DNA from: Veleropilina oligotropha
Taxonomy: Eukaryota
DNA length: 28,803 nt
Reading direction: 5' to 3'
Assembly (NCBI GenBank): GCA_048128005.1
Contig: JBEUKZ010000084.1
Location: forward strand, 434,001-462,803
The translations under genes and the position numbers were made by a program. Positions within the stretch are counted from its first letter, which is position 1; every line of letters begins with the position of its first letter. This document shows positions 1-11,954 of the stretch, in pieces. Under the pieces are notes generated by a model. The model was not told the origin of the DNA, did not search any database, and worked only from the letters and a program-made list of their open reading frames with translations.

Positions 1-112
1 ACCTGCTTCCGTGCTGTAACACCTCGACCGCTCCGCGGTCTCGGTGTCACGATCCGCACGGGCGCAGGTCTTTCAAATCGATGAATACCTCAAACTCGGT
101 TAGTAACCTATA
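1..112 (-). mobile_element. Terminal palindrome of a CGAG-hairpin element (body presumably upstream of the window)
   Basis: Imperfect inverted repeat ACCTGC/GCAGGT, CCGTGC/GCACGG, ACAC/GTGT around the apex CTCG-ACCGC-TCC-GCGGT-CTCG (23-43). This is the reverse complement of the apex type at 3741-3754 and 21850-21869. Confidence 0.6.
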
Positions 113-1336
113 CAGACCGGGTTGACGTGCCTTTCATACCCTACCTTATATATCCGAAACAGGTACCCGTCGGGAACTGTTTTCGCTAAAAATACTTATT
201 AAAAATACAGTAAAATGCATTGTAAATGCTTATGTAATATAAATAGGCATTTGTTTATACGTACCAGTTAACGTTTGGTAATTATATTGTCATTATTCAT
301 AATTAAGCCCTATTGTTTAACTGTCAAACTTGAATTGAATGGATCCGCCTCGTATTCGTATTTGTGATATGTAAAATATGATTTTGACAAAATGCGGAAC
401 AGAACAAAATGCGAAGCTCGCATTTAGTTTCGAACCATACTTGAGTCTTGTCAACACCTTAATGATTATCCGTTTCGGTCTTAAATCCATAAATTTCATT
501 AATTTTTCAAATATCAGTGGCTGTCGGTAAACTTTTTGAAAGTGCCGTATCTGCATCAAATTTAGCGAAGTTGTGCATTATATGTATGTGTACATGATTC
601 GTTTCTTATCTGTGACTAAATAATGTGACAGTAAGTATAATGCTGTACGATATTGCTTCTATTTTGAACGTTATCTAATTTCCATAATCAGCGATGAGAA
701 ATGGCAGCTCAGCCATTAGAGTCTACGCAGGAACTAGTAGGCTCTAACGTTGTTGGAGTACTTAATGCTATAGCTCAATCGAGCTCCTGATTATAATATG
801 ACTGAAAATATGCAGTAGCTTTAAAAGAAGTGTTGATTTATTCTTAAATATAAAGCTTAATTATTTGATTATAATCTCGTATCAATAGATAGTGCTCGTT
901 GACTAGTGTGTTGTTCATGCATGTGTGTATTGATTCACTTTCAACACATTACAAAATGATATAAATTAAACCGATGATAATTTGAAAATCTCGATCTGCA
1001 TTATATAAAACTCATGTCGAGAGCATTTATCCGATTATTATCCCCTGATCAGCAACAATATACATATATCTCTCCGGATTGAGGTATTAATTCCTGCATT
1101 GTGATTCGTAGTTTTGGCCACGATTATTATTTTATATCGTTTTCTTTTCGATCGATCTGTTCGCATGCTACGTCGTTGATCTCAGCCTATACTATTGATT
1201 TGTCATTCTCATCCCTTATGTTGCTGAAGCATGACAGTTTATCAATCAGCCGTTGCTTCTGGCATGCCTGCGGTTGGTTTTGAAGATGATTTCTCAGAGT
1301 GCATCTAGGCATGTTTTGTCTTATTTCTCATCGCAG

Positions 1337-1456
1337 CCGCCCCCTGCCGGCACAATCCGACTAACAAGTGTGTCGTCCCAGGATTCGGGCTTTACGTCCC
1401 AGGACACCCTGTTTCTGCGCCCCGCGACACCGCCGTCATTGGCCATTCACCATCAG
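1337..1456 (+). CDS. MTSS1: MTSS1/MIM-like internal exon A (120 nt, phase 0-0)
   Basis: TCGCAG acceptor and CAG|GTAGGG donor. Encodes PPPAGTIRLTSVSSQDSGFTSQDTLFLRP, resembling the conserved MTSS1 RLSSVSSHDSGF.SQD motif. Confidence 0.9.
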
Positions 1457-2255
1457 GTAGGGCCAACTAGACCTGGTCAGCACCAATCACGTGTGGCTGT
1501 CCATACACACGTTCTATCGTACATGCAATCTATTTTAGTGCGTGTGCAGTCAGTTTCATATTTATCGTTGCGTGGCTTTGCATTTTGCATGTACACAATC
1601 TAACAACAGATTTATGATCAATAATTTCTCACGATACCAATTTTGCGAACAGTTATAGGTAATATTATGCATGTTCATAATCATTGGTTGTGCATGCGCG
1701 CAGTAATGCTTCTTTTACATTCCTGGTTATTCGTCTCTTGCTAACAAGAATTAACCTCACACGATAGGTGCGCAATCATGAATATGCTGAATAGTAACTG
1801 CTAGAGCAAAATGTTTAAACTTTAACAGATAGATAAGCCATGTAGATTAAATAATCAGCATATATATTCATTAGGGCAGCAGGCTAATCTTTAATACATT
1901 TCTACACATAGATCTTCCTGATTATATGTTTCTGTGCCATTGAAGTTTGCATCATGTAGTATTCATCAGAATGATCATATTTTGAGTGTTAATTTTCTTT
2001 TACATATGTGTGATATTTTTATCAGGACACCGATTTATAAGCATGCTAGAATATTATCTGTTTTCAAAAGCCTGTTTATATTTCTCTGTTATTGGAATGA
2101 CTTGCTTGGTATAACAGTCTATTATCAGATATTAATTGAGAGTATGTGTATGGTTACAGGAAGTAACTTCATTGCAAATCGCGATAAAACATCAACATGA
2201 TTCGTGATCGAGATTACCTACTTTATGACCAGGACGTTTTGCTACCATCAAATTT

Positions 2256-2446
2256 CCCGCAGCACACTAGCCGATTTTTTGTCGGGAACAGCCTAATTAT
2301 TTATCTGACCTTGATCGGGGATAGTCTGCATCTCAATATATGGCAGTGAGAAATAATGCCCAATCTCATTTGCCAAAGTCTGATTATTTGTCGGGGACGA
2401 AAAATTGGGCTGTATCCGACAAAAATCGGCTAGTGTGCTGCTGGCT
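2256..2446. mobile_element. MITE, possibly PIF/Harbinger-like
   Basis: Inverted repeats GCAGCACACTAGCCGATTTTT(T)GTCGG (from 2259) and CCGACAAAAATCGGCTAGTGTGCTGC (2416-2441). The superfamily call is inferred only from the AGCC...CACACT-type terminus. Confidence 0.7.
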
Positions 2447-2554
2447 TTAGTATACTGACTGGCACAGCATGTTTGGGAACTTTTAAAGCTATATTAATAT
2501 ATCTTTCTGAAAGACGGCCTCAAATGATGTCATTCATCGATAAATTGTAGATGT

Positions 2555-2626
2555 TTTAATTTGGTGCTGTGTGTAATGTGATTATTTCTTTTTAATTTGG
2601 TGCTGTGTGTAATGTGATTATTTCTT
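2555..2626. repeat. Perfect 36-bp tandem duplication just upstream of the exon B acceptor
   Basis: TTTAATTTGGTGCTGTGTGTAATGTGATTATTTCTT at 2555-2590 and 2591-2626. Confidence 0.95.
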
Positions 2627-2639
2627 GATCTCGCCACAG

Positions 2640-3084
2640 AATTTGAATGACAATGGCAGTGCGGGTACGGACACTTCGGACTCCGGATCGACTCCTTCAA
2701 CGCCCTCCTCGGATTTTCCGAGCACCCCGTCGGTGAATTCCACATGGGCTAACTGGCCTAACCCGCCCAATGCTCCTGTCGCGGACATGAACCGTCCGCA
2801 CACTATCTCCACTGCCTACGAGAAGACGCACAGTCGACCACCACTTACACTGCAGTTGTTCGATCCGCCGAATCAGAGCATGGAACGCGCTGGGTCGAAC
2901 CCGTCCTTAGAGCAGGGAAAAGCCGGTAAACCTGAGCACCCTCACAGCTCCGTGCCTCAACAGTCGCACTATGCTCGACCGTCGGCTACGATAAACAAGA
3001 TGCAACCCATGCTTCCCCCTCTGGGACCAAAACCGAAGGCCAAAGCTGTCCCCCCTCCAATTGTTCCGGGGCACGTCATACTAG
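2640..3084 (+). CDS. MTSS1: MTSS1/MIM-like exon B (445 nt, phase 0-1), Ser/Pro-rich
   Basis: CCACAG acceptor and TAG|GTACAT donor. Open frame NLNDNGSAG...WANWP...RPHTISTAYEK...PPPIVPGHVIL, with phases compatible with exons A and C. Confidence 0.85.
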
Positions 3085-3412
3085 GTACATCTTGGCTGTA
3101 TATGAACGTTATATCTGCTCTGTTATAAAATTGTGTGAACTACGGTATTTTCATTATTTATTGATGAGGATAAGTTTATGATGAGGCTGATGTGGTATTA
3201 GCATTCCTGTTAACTGAAGCAGCTTTTAATTGCAACAGTTTCAATAGATGTAAACCTCAATCGATGTACGTCAATCATTGATAAAGTTATGTACATAACC
3301 ATGTGTCTGTAACTGCCACTTGAAAGTTATAATTTCTCTGTATGATAACCTCAATGTACATAAAACGGAGTTAATAGAACATCAGTGAATAATTTTATGC
3401 AAAAGGAAAAGG

Positions 3413-3656
3413 AAAGGATTGATGCTTAATGTCCTGTATATTTGCAACTGTTAAGTTCAAAGCAGGACATGTCCATATTATCGCGAGAGGAAAGCCCGGT
3501 CGCCCGGAAAAACCCACCCTGTCAGACCAATTACGAACAACTGTGATTCATTGCTTGAACAAATAATGTCAAGTCCCAGACCGATCCCTTGACTGTTCAC
3601 AGCAGAATCAAGCCAGTGAGTCAGCAGCCCAAACCACACGACTGTTTGAGTGACCA
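3413..3656 (-). mobile_element. tRNA-derived SINE, diverged copy
   Basis: Reverse complement aligns with the 4666-4924 copy (GGACATGTCCTGC core, AAATATACAGGACATTAAGCATC tail). Confidence 0.85.
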
Positions 3657-3667
3657 ATAGTCTTATA

Positions 3668-4164
3668 ATAAATAGAGGATATCGAACGAGTGTCCATTTC
3701 ATATGAGAATTATGAAATGAGTCCGGCACAATTTATGTACCGAGCCTTTGCGAGGTACATAAATTTCCTGACTAGCTTCATAATTTTCATATGAAATGGA
3801 AACGAGTTTGATATCTTCTTTATCATATGACTTGATTTACCTTTAAACTTATTTTATTGCGTTTTTAAACTCATTTCTTTACGTTTTAAAACCATAAATT
3901 GCCACGCCTCGAAAGCACGCGCCACGCCAGTATGGCAATAAAAAAATAGTTCAACATTTTTTCTTTGTCAGTAATCGACGAGTCAACGCATATGAATTAT
4001 TCAATATATTAATGAGGGTGATGCGCCGCCTAATGAACTTGGTGCCAGATGTGATGACCTGGCGTCAGGCTCGCCCTCATTTGCATGCTTATGGCACGTG
4101 TCTTTTCGTATCAAAATTTATGGTACAGCTTGTACCGTTCCATAATATGTTTGTCATGTGATAA
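3668..4164 (+). mobile_element. Non-autonomous palindromic CGAG-hairpin element (Crypton-like, inferred)
   Basis: About 155-bp imperfect palindrome (3668-3823) with apex CGAG-C-CTTT-G-CGAG (3741-3754). TTATCATATGAC (3820-3831) is inverted to GTCATGTGATAA (4153-4164) with 1 mismatch. Confidence 0.7.
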
Positions 4165-4238
4165 TGTACAAATATATGATTATAGAGTAAGCGGGGCATT
4201 CGTAACAACAGTCTCTAATTTGGTAACTCTTTCCACAG

Positions 4239-4366
4239 AGGACGACCAGCCGTTGTACGTGAATATGACTGAGCTGGCGAATATGGCGTATGAGAAACAG
4301 CAACGTGAACAAAACAGCGGCGATGAGACCCCCACGGCGAAGGCACCCCCAATGTCAATGACTCAG
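4239..4366 (+). CDS. MTSS1: MTSS1/MIM-like exon C (128 nt, phase 1-0)
   Basis: TTTCCACAG acceptor and CAG|GTACAG donor. Encodes (E)DDQPLYVNMTELANMAYEKQQ...SMTQ in frame with exon B. Confidence 0.8.
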
Positions 4367-4665
4367 GTACAGGCACGTAATGCTCGTCACTGGATGAAAT
4401 ATCCAAGTTGATGGTTAATGTATAGTTAGATGCCAAATCAACCTTTGTCTTGAATCGTTAATTAAAATATATGCACGTTGTAAGATTGTTGGCTCGGATT
4501 AGCACACTGCGCATCGATATTCAGCTTGCACCAATTTCTGTAACACGAACAGAAATGACACGCTAATTGTTTCCTGTTCAACTGCATGGCATCAAGACAA
4601 TGAAATCATAGAGAGTGATGTTTGAAACCAAGAATAAAGTCATTGTTGAGGTCTGCTAAAGGTTA

Positions 4666-4924
4666 GGCCCCTTCGGCAGCGCAGTGGGTAGAGTGTCCAC
4701 TCTAAATTCACTGGCTTGATTCCGCTAATGCGAACAGTAGTGGGTTCAATACCTGGCTGAGGCATTGAAATTTGTTCAAGTTATGAATCACAGTTGTCCG
4801 TGACTGGCCGAAGAGGGCGGGTTTACCCGGGACCGGGGTTTCCTCCTGCGATAACACGGACATGTCCTGCCTTGAACCTCGATGTTGTAAATATACATGA
4901 CATTAAGCATCATTCCCCCTCCTC
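4666..4924 (+). mobile_element. tRNA-derived SINE, young full-length copy with 13-bp TSD
   Basis: A-box-like GGCAGCGCAGTGG and B-box-like GGTTCAATACC, V-domain-like GGGTTTACCCGGG...GGTTTCCTCC core, CCT-rich tail. TSD CTGCTAAAGGTTA at 4653-4665 and 4925-4937. Confidence 0.92.
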
Positions 4925-5161
4925 CTGCTAAAGGTTAAAAATATTGTCTTCCTTACTTTTCAACAATTGAAGAGAGAACAATCACAACTGAATGAAATGT
5001 AATGACATAGCTGAATTTTATTTAAAAGTAATATTTGTAAAAGTGGATGATTAAATGAAATTTAAAATTGACTTTATCGTTAATGCAACAGTCAATGGTA
5101 GACCCAAACATAGGAAAAGTAATAACATCAAGAGTAGATCACACCTAAATATGAGTAGTAA

Positions 5162-5406
5162 TCTTAATATAATGGAGCTATAATTGTATGTGTGTGTGTC
5201 TGTTTCAAGTTGAACTCCTCCCAGACGCTTTGACCTAGGACCTTCAAACTTTGGGGGGTTAATCGGGGTCCCCCAAGGAAGGTTTACCACGAAAAAAATT
5301 CGGAAAATTCGGGAAAAAAAAAAAATATTTAAGGGAGCACTATCCAAAAAAAAAAAAAAAATTGGGGTGGGGGGACTTGCCCGGCGAAGACGGGTACCAT
5401 AGCTAG
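5162..5406 (+). mobile_element. Non-autonomous Helitron
   Basis: 5' TC after host A, (GT)n microsatellite, 3' hairpin GCCCG-GCGAAGA-CGGGT (5379-5395), and CTAG end followed by host T. Confidence 0.8.
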
Positions 5407-6169
5407 TAAGTTACAATGCTCGATGACAGTATTTGATCTGTTTAATAGCATAAGTCATTCAAAGACTGCTACGACAACAACGTGTATGCATTTTGTTATT
5501 TTTTATCATGTATTATTTACTTTTGTTTGACTATGGTATATTGTGTGCTTATTTTCTGTTTTGAGCATTATTATTTTGTTTAGTTTTGGAAACATTCAAG
5601 CATTTCAATTAACAATATTTTTTTCCTATTAACAAACTTTATAGTTCTTTTAACTGCACGACAGACAGTTACATGCATCCTAATATAGATGAGTTCTTTT
5701 ATTTACTTGTTTCATTAATTTTCTGCATTTTCAAGGATTCAAAATAAATAAACAGTATGTTTACCCAGAGTGCATGATATTCAATTAATATCAAATGCTT
5801 TCCTGTTTTCTATAAATTTCGTCAGTTATAAATTTGATACCACTATATCATGATATATTTGGATGATACTTTACTGCTTTATGCAAGTTGATTTGACAGC
5901 AATTTAATTTTAAAACAACAAACATTGCCGACTTGAAATTCTAAAGGGAATTTTGGTTTGTCAAGACAGCAAAAGTTTAAACAGAAAATAAATAATTTAT
6001 AGGAAATTAAATTTCTGAGCAATGTCTATTGTAATATATGAATCTAATAACGAATGAATTTAACTCGAGTACGCATGTCATGCACTCTGGCCGCCCGATT
6101 GCTAGAATTTCGTCCAATCGTTCGTCTTCTCTATCATTTCTGCATCTCTCCACTCTCTCGACGCTGCAG

Positions 6170-6298
6170 CTCATCTTCTCTGACACAATGGATATCCAGG
6201 AGGCTATCCGCGACCTCGATAATTATACCGCTGCGCTGAACAGCGAGTACGACTCGGAGAGCTCCTCGCCCACCCTCAGTCATAGCAGCAACCAGCAG
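6170..6298 (+). CDS. MTSS1: MTSS1/MIM-like exon D (129 nt, phase 0-0), probable cassette exon with GC donor
   Basis: Long pyrimidine tract plus CTGCAG acceptor, and an in-frame CAG|GCAAGA non-canonical donor. GC-rich codons encode LIFSDTMDIQEAIRDLDNYTAALNSEYDSE..., which resembles exon E. Confidence 0.65.
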
Positions 6299-7209
6299 GC
6301 AAGATATCGTCATCCAGCCCGCAGTTGCCTCCCTTGTGTGCTCTAATTTCTGATATTCACAATCTGTGTTTTACTCATTGTAGTAATCTTAAAATGTGAA
6401 ATAATTTTCGTAGATATTGATTGTTTTTTATTGATATTTGAAAATTGTTGTGATATTGTACATCCACCACCCTATATTTTGTTAAAACTAATGCTACTCT
6501 TCAGTGACTTCACGTGTAATATCCTATCTTCTCTAACGTAATGATCATTCAGTTTCATACACAACGCTTGCATGTTGTAGATTAAATGCTATATTTCTAC
6601 AAATGTGGTATAATTTCATAGCATAATAAAGATGAAAGAGAAATATCCATTATAATCGACTCTAAAGTGACATGTCAAGATGCTGGATTTTGATGTTGTG
6701 AGTGAAACACTCTAACATGCGTCCACCTCATTAGAATTTCGTCCCGCCCACTGATGTCACTAGTTTTACTAGAAAGAATTCACCGCAAATGTTTACAAAT
6801 CAATATCAACGACAAAAGCGATAAATGGATAAGTAAAATCATTGCATGTCACTTGTTACTTTAAAGGAGATTCACTTCACTTCAGAATAGAACATCATTT
6901 CTTGTTGTGTCGCATTTGTTCTACGCTTCATGTTTATAGATTAATGAAGCAATACAAAAAGTAGATAAATTTATTAGAACTCGGACAAGAAATCTTTTGA
7001 ATTTTTTTTATATTTTGTAAAACTTTGACAAATCAAACGAGTAAAATAACGTGCAATGATTGCTTATTTGCTTAATAATTCGGATTTTCTTTTTCTGGAT
7101 GTATTTACAATAGATTTGAGCACAAATTTTGTGTCGAACGTAATATGGTGTGTAATATCAAGGCCCTTGGATGATATTATTAATGGACATTAGCTTAGTA
7201 CATAAGCAG

Positions 7210-8361
7210 AGTGAAATATATCATATAACATGCGGACTGGTAGTGAAATATATCATATAACATGCTGACTGGTAGTGAAATATATCATATAACATGCGGA
7301 CTGGTAGTGAAATATATCATATAACATGCGGACTGGTAGTGAAATATATCATATAACATGCTGACTGGTAGTGAAATATATCATATAACATGCGGACTGG
7401 TAGTGAAATATATCATATAACATGCGGACTGGTAGTGAAATATATCATATAACATGCTGACTGGTAGTGAAATATATCATATAACATGCGGACTGGTAGT
7501 GAAATATATCATATAACATGCGGACTGGTAGTGAAATATATCATATAACATGCTGACTGGTAGTGAAATATATCATATAACATGCGGACTGGTAGTGAAA
7601 TATATCATATAACATGCGGACTGGTAGTGAAATATATCATATAACATGCTGACTGGTAGTGAAATATATCATATAACATGCGGACTGGTAGTGAAATATA
7701 TCATATAACATGCGGACTGGTAGTGAAATATATCATATAACATGCTGACTGGTAGTGAAATATATCATATAACATGCGGACTGGTAGTGAAATATATCAT
7801 ATAACATGCGGACTGGTAGTGAAATATATCATATAACATGCTGACTGGTAGTGAAATATATCATATAACATGCGGACTGGTAGTGAAATATATCATATAA
7901 CATGCGGACTGGTAGTGAAATATATCATATAACATGCTGACTGGTAGTGAAATATATCATATAACATGCGGACTGGTAGTGAAATATATCATATAACATG
8001 CGGACTGGTAGTGAAATATATCATATAACATGCTGACTGGTAGTGAAATATATCATATAACATGCGGACTGGTAGTGAAATATATCATATAACATGCGGA
8101 CTGGTAGTGAAATATATCATATAACATGCTGACTGGTAGTGAAATATATCATATAACATGCGGACTGGTAGTGAAATATATCATATAACATGCGGACTGG
8201 TAGTGAAATATATCATATAACATGCTGACTGGTAGTGAAATATATCATATAACATGCGGACTGGTAGTGAAATATATCATATAACATGCTGACTGGTAGT
8301 GAAATATATCATATAACATGCTGGCTGGTAGTGAAATATATCATATAACATGCTGCCTGGT
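7210..8361. repeat. Intronic minisatellite, 32 bp x 36 with 96-bp higher-order period
   Basis: Unit AGTGAAATATATCATATAACATGC[G/T]GACTGGT. The variant base runs T,G,G repeatedly over units 2-31. Confidence 0.97.
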
Positions 8362-9136
8362 AGGTATTTGACACAGAATGAAATGCAACACAAGGGAGAT
8401 AACTGTGAGCACCAGCACTAGTCCACTTTTGGGTTTCTTTTTAAGGCACTACACAATTTTAGCTTTGGTGAAAAAGGTTTATGAATGCATTGAGGATGAC
8501 TAGGTTGCCTTCCCATCTGTGCTTGCTTCTTTCTCTCTCTCTCTTTCTCTTTGGTGCATGGATATTTGAATTTTGTTGTGTTATTTACATTTTTAAAATT
8601 TAATATTAAAATCGCATTTATTAGCTTAATTGCTTATTTAATACATATTGTAGTTATTATTAGCGGAATATTTTGAAAGTTAGTGGCTGTATTTATGCAG
8701 ACTGTTTCTGCAGTACTAACCAAGCTGGCTAAGACGCATTGTAATAAATGTTAAGTTAAAATCTTTGCTATGATCCTAAAATTTATACTGCACAAATTAA
8801 AGTTACATTATCAAGAGTTAACACCAAAATTTGTGTCTTAATTGCATCGTCTAGAATTAACGAGAACACATATCCGGTACTATTCATAAGTTATATACAT
8901 AGTATGATTAATGGATAAAATGTTTAAAATGAAAATCACTTTGGATTAATTTTAACAAAAGCAAATCTGAAAACTAGTTTTAGAGATTTGTTTACATTTA
9001 TAATTCTACTAACGCTTATTACCCTCGTTGCTGTTTGCAATGCTTTTCGTGTTGATGCATGTTTACTCATATTATTTCGGACATTTTATTGTTAATACAA
9101 CGCATGATAATTTATATTTTCTTCTATCCAATACAG

Positions 9137-9302
9137 AACTGTTTAGAGCTAGCGGAGGCCATCCGTGAACTACAAGAGAGCACGGCAGCGTTAACCAGCG
9201 ATTCCGTCAGCCAAGCCAGCCGCACGTCGCTGCAGTGTTCGAGCGGCTATGGAACCATGAACAGTACACCATCGGGGTCCGAGGACACTATCGCCAGCGG
9301 AG
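9137..9302 (+). CDS. MTSS1: MTSS1/MIM-like exon E (166 nt, phase 0-1)
   Basis: ATACAG acceptor and GAG|GTAAAA donor. Encodes ...SRTSLQCSSGYGTMNSTPSGSEDTI, resembling MTSS1 SRDSLQCSSGYST.TTTP..SEDTI. Confidence 0.93.
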
Positions 9303-9926
9303 GTAAAAGCAGTCGTAGCTTAGTCATAACGAGGCTCGTGCGTAGAAGACGTTTGTTTTATGGTCATAGTATCCTTCAATTAGTCGATAATAACTCTGCA
9401 AGATACAGGTTCTGAAGATGCCGATATCAAGATTGTTGATCTGTGAATTTGAGTTAATTTAAATTTCCATATTTTAACCAATTCCAAGACACTGAATATT
9501 GGTGATGTTTCTAATCTATACAACTATGAAATCTTTTGGCTCAAGATCTATATGTATCCTCTATCAATTTTGGCATGTATTTATGCTCTGCATGGTTCTA
9601 CTATTCTCTGTATTATTGTTTTGTTTACTTTTAAGTTTTATATGTCATATCTGTAATTTTTGGTCATAAGTCGCATTCTGGAATTTGTGCATCATTAATA
9701 ATTAATAATTTTTAATCTGCATCATTGAATAGTTAGATCCACCCAAAGATATTCAGGAATATCATTGTGTAATAAATATCTGTTTAGTTTCAATATGAAT
9801 ATCTCATCCATTCATCCTTGATGCACGTTTTCCACGATGTCTGCACCTCATTTTTCATATTATTAACACATATTTTTATTTCTTTATTTTTGTTTCCGTT
9901 TTATGTAGTCTGTGCTTCGTTTCCAG

Positions 9927-10055
9927 AATATGGGCCTACTTCTGCCGACATATTGCCTGATTGTGATAAGTTTTTCACCGTTCCTCGTAATGGCGACTTT
10001 AGCAACGCATTTCGCCGAGCTACCCTCCCGTCGCGGAGGCCTGCATCTTCTGCAG
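9927..10055 (+). CDS. MTSS1: MTSS1/MIM-like exon F (129 nt, phase 1-1; alternative in-frame start at 9909)
   Basis: TTTCCAG acceptor and CAG|GTGTGT donor. Encodes DKFFTVPRNGDFSNAFRR...RRPASSAG, resembling MTSS1 DKSSTIPRNSDISQSYRR...KRPASTAG. Confidence 0.9.
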
Positions 10056-10226
10056 GTGTGTGGCATGCTCTCGCCCTACTCTACTTCATCTTTCATTGGA
10101 CCTTGCTCTCAGCATGACGTCTGTACATTCTAGCCTACTTAGTGTATTGATCATCCAGAATGCATGAGTACATAGTAATTTTCAACAATATCTATGTTAA
10201 AATTTATTGAAATTATGCTTAAAAGT

Positions 10227-10432
10227 CCATCGGGTTTCAAGCAGGACATGTCCATATTATCGTGAAAGGGAAGTCACCCTCTGCGGCCAGTTACGGACAA
10301 CTGTGATTGATAACCAAACAAAGGATGCCATTGCCCCAACCGATATTCAAACCCTCTCCTGTTACCGTAGTTAGCGCAATCGACCAGTGATTTCAGAGTC
10401 GGTACTCGAGACCACATGGCTACCGAAGCAGC
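10227..10432 (-). mobile_element. tRNA-derived SINE, diverged copy
   Basis: Shares GCAGGACATGTCC, CAGTTACGGACAACTGTGATT and the head region with the family in reverse orientation. Confidence 0.8.
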
Positions 10433-10878
10433 TGTTAAAATGTAACAAGTGTCGTGTCCTTAGCAGATGAAGAAGAACTGTTTTCTATTATGAGATTAAT
10501 ATGAACATCCACTGGGAAACACATATCGAATTAAAGATATATGCCAGATTTATAATTTATATTCATTTACAAATTAAAAGTTAACAGGTATATATATCTA
10601 TTATACCGAGTGTTAACGGTAAATTGTGTTTGATTGGAAGTTAATAGTCTCAGGTAACATATTGGCACGTTATATTTATCGTGGCCCCGTGGGAGAAAGC
10701 ATAGTGAAAGTCATGGGACTTGATTGGGTATAGATTACCTCGAATGATCCATAGTGTCTTGTATCATGAGGAGAATCCACACTGTTGAACCAATGAGTTC
10801 ATAAGAGGAATAATAATGCACTAATGGGCAATGACATGAATTATGTCACCTTTGCCAACCTTAATACTCGGTTCAGTC

Positions 10879-11151
10879 GGGCAGCCCCGGTAGCCGAGTG
10901 GATAAAAGTGCCGACTCCGAATTCAGCTGCCATTTATAACCATGAATCAAAGCATGTATTTACTGTTACAGAGTGTATTGTATTACTCATCCTGTTCAAA
11001 TTATGAATCACGGTTGCCCGTAACTGATCGGAGAGGGCGGGTTTACCAGGGCGACCGGGATTTCCTCCCGCGATAATACGGACTTGTCCTGCTTTGAACC
11101 AAATGATAGTTGGAAATATACAGGACATTTAAGCATCGATCCTTTCCTTTC
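10879..11151 (+). mobile_element. tRNA-derived SINE
   Basis: A-box GGTAGCCGAGTGG, core GAGGGCGGGTTTACCAGGGCGACCGGGATTTCCTCCCGCG, and the family tail. The middle of the head is replaced by unrelated AT-rich sequence. Confidence 0.85.
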
Positions 11152-11221
11152 ATTCTGTGACTGTTGTTTTTGTTGTATTGTTGTAGATTTGTCAGTTATA
11201 TATTATTTGATTGTCATTTGA

Positions 11222-11463
11222 GGGAGGGAGGAATGATGCTTAACGTCCTGTATATTTACAACATCGAGGTTCAAGGCAGGACATGTCTGTGTTAACGCGG
11301 GAGGAAACCCGCCCTCTTCGGCCAGTCACGGACAACTGTGATTCATAACTTGAACAAATTTCAATGCCTCAGCCAGGTATTGAACCCACTACTATTCGCA
11401 TTAGCGGAATCAAGCCAGTGAAGTTAGAGTGGACACTCGACCCACTGCGCTGCCGAAGCGGCC
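11222..11463 (-). mobile_element. tRNA-derived SINE, young copy with 13-bp TSD
   Basis: Near-identical reverse complement of 4666-4924 apart from a short deletion between GGGTTT repeats. TSD GATTGTCATTTGA at 11209-11221 and 11464-11476. Confidence 0.92.
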
Positions 11464-11954
11464 GATTGTCATTTGAACTTTACCACTATGTTAATATATT
11501 GGACATTGGCTACTACGATCACTCTATTGCTTAATGTCGGAATTATGTACACATGTCAGATCCCTTCATGGTGTTATATAATAGATAATACACTGCTAGC
11601 CCAAGCCATATCTAACATAAAGCCCCGAGCAAAAACTAGAGGCATTATGTTGATATCATACACACCGTGAAAATCCATTGTAGGTTGCAAGCTGTAACCC
11701 CTTAAAACATGGAATTGCCCACCATGACCTTAGTATGATAATCGATTTTTCCGCTGAAATGGTGCTGGCGACTCGTGATATCCTTGTCAGTGACCCAAGT
11801 GTACCCATTGTTTGAGTTGTTAACTGTAACAAAAGTGAAACTTGCGCTCTAGGAGTCTTATTTTTTCAAATATTGCATTCATGGTGTATATATATATATG
11901 CATTGTGCCATTGCTTGGGAGTTGTATATTCAGTTTGCTGTTGATCTCTTGCAG

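Noticed and set aside
1641..1810. Degenerate inverted repeat or old MITE
   Set aside because: Only patchy complementarity, with no definable ends or TSD.
4666..4765. tRNA gene
   Set aside because: A and B boxes are present, but no cloverleaf is evident and the sequence continues into a dispersed SINE body with TSDs.
7210..8361. CRISPR array (32-bp repeats)
   Set aside because: Units are head-to-tail with no unique spacers, there are no cas genes, and the array lies in a eukaryotic intron.
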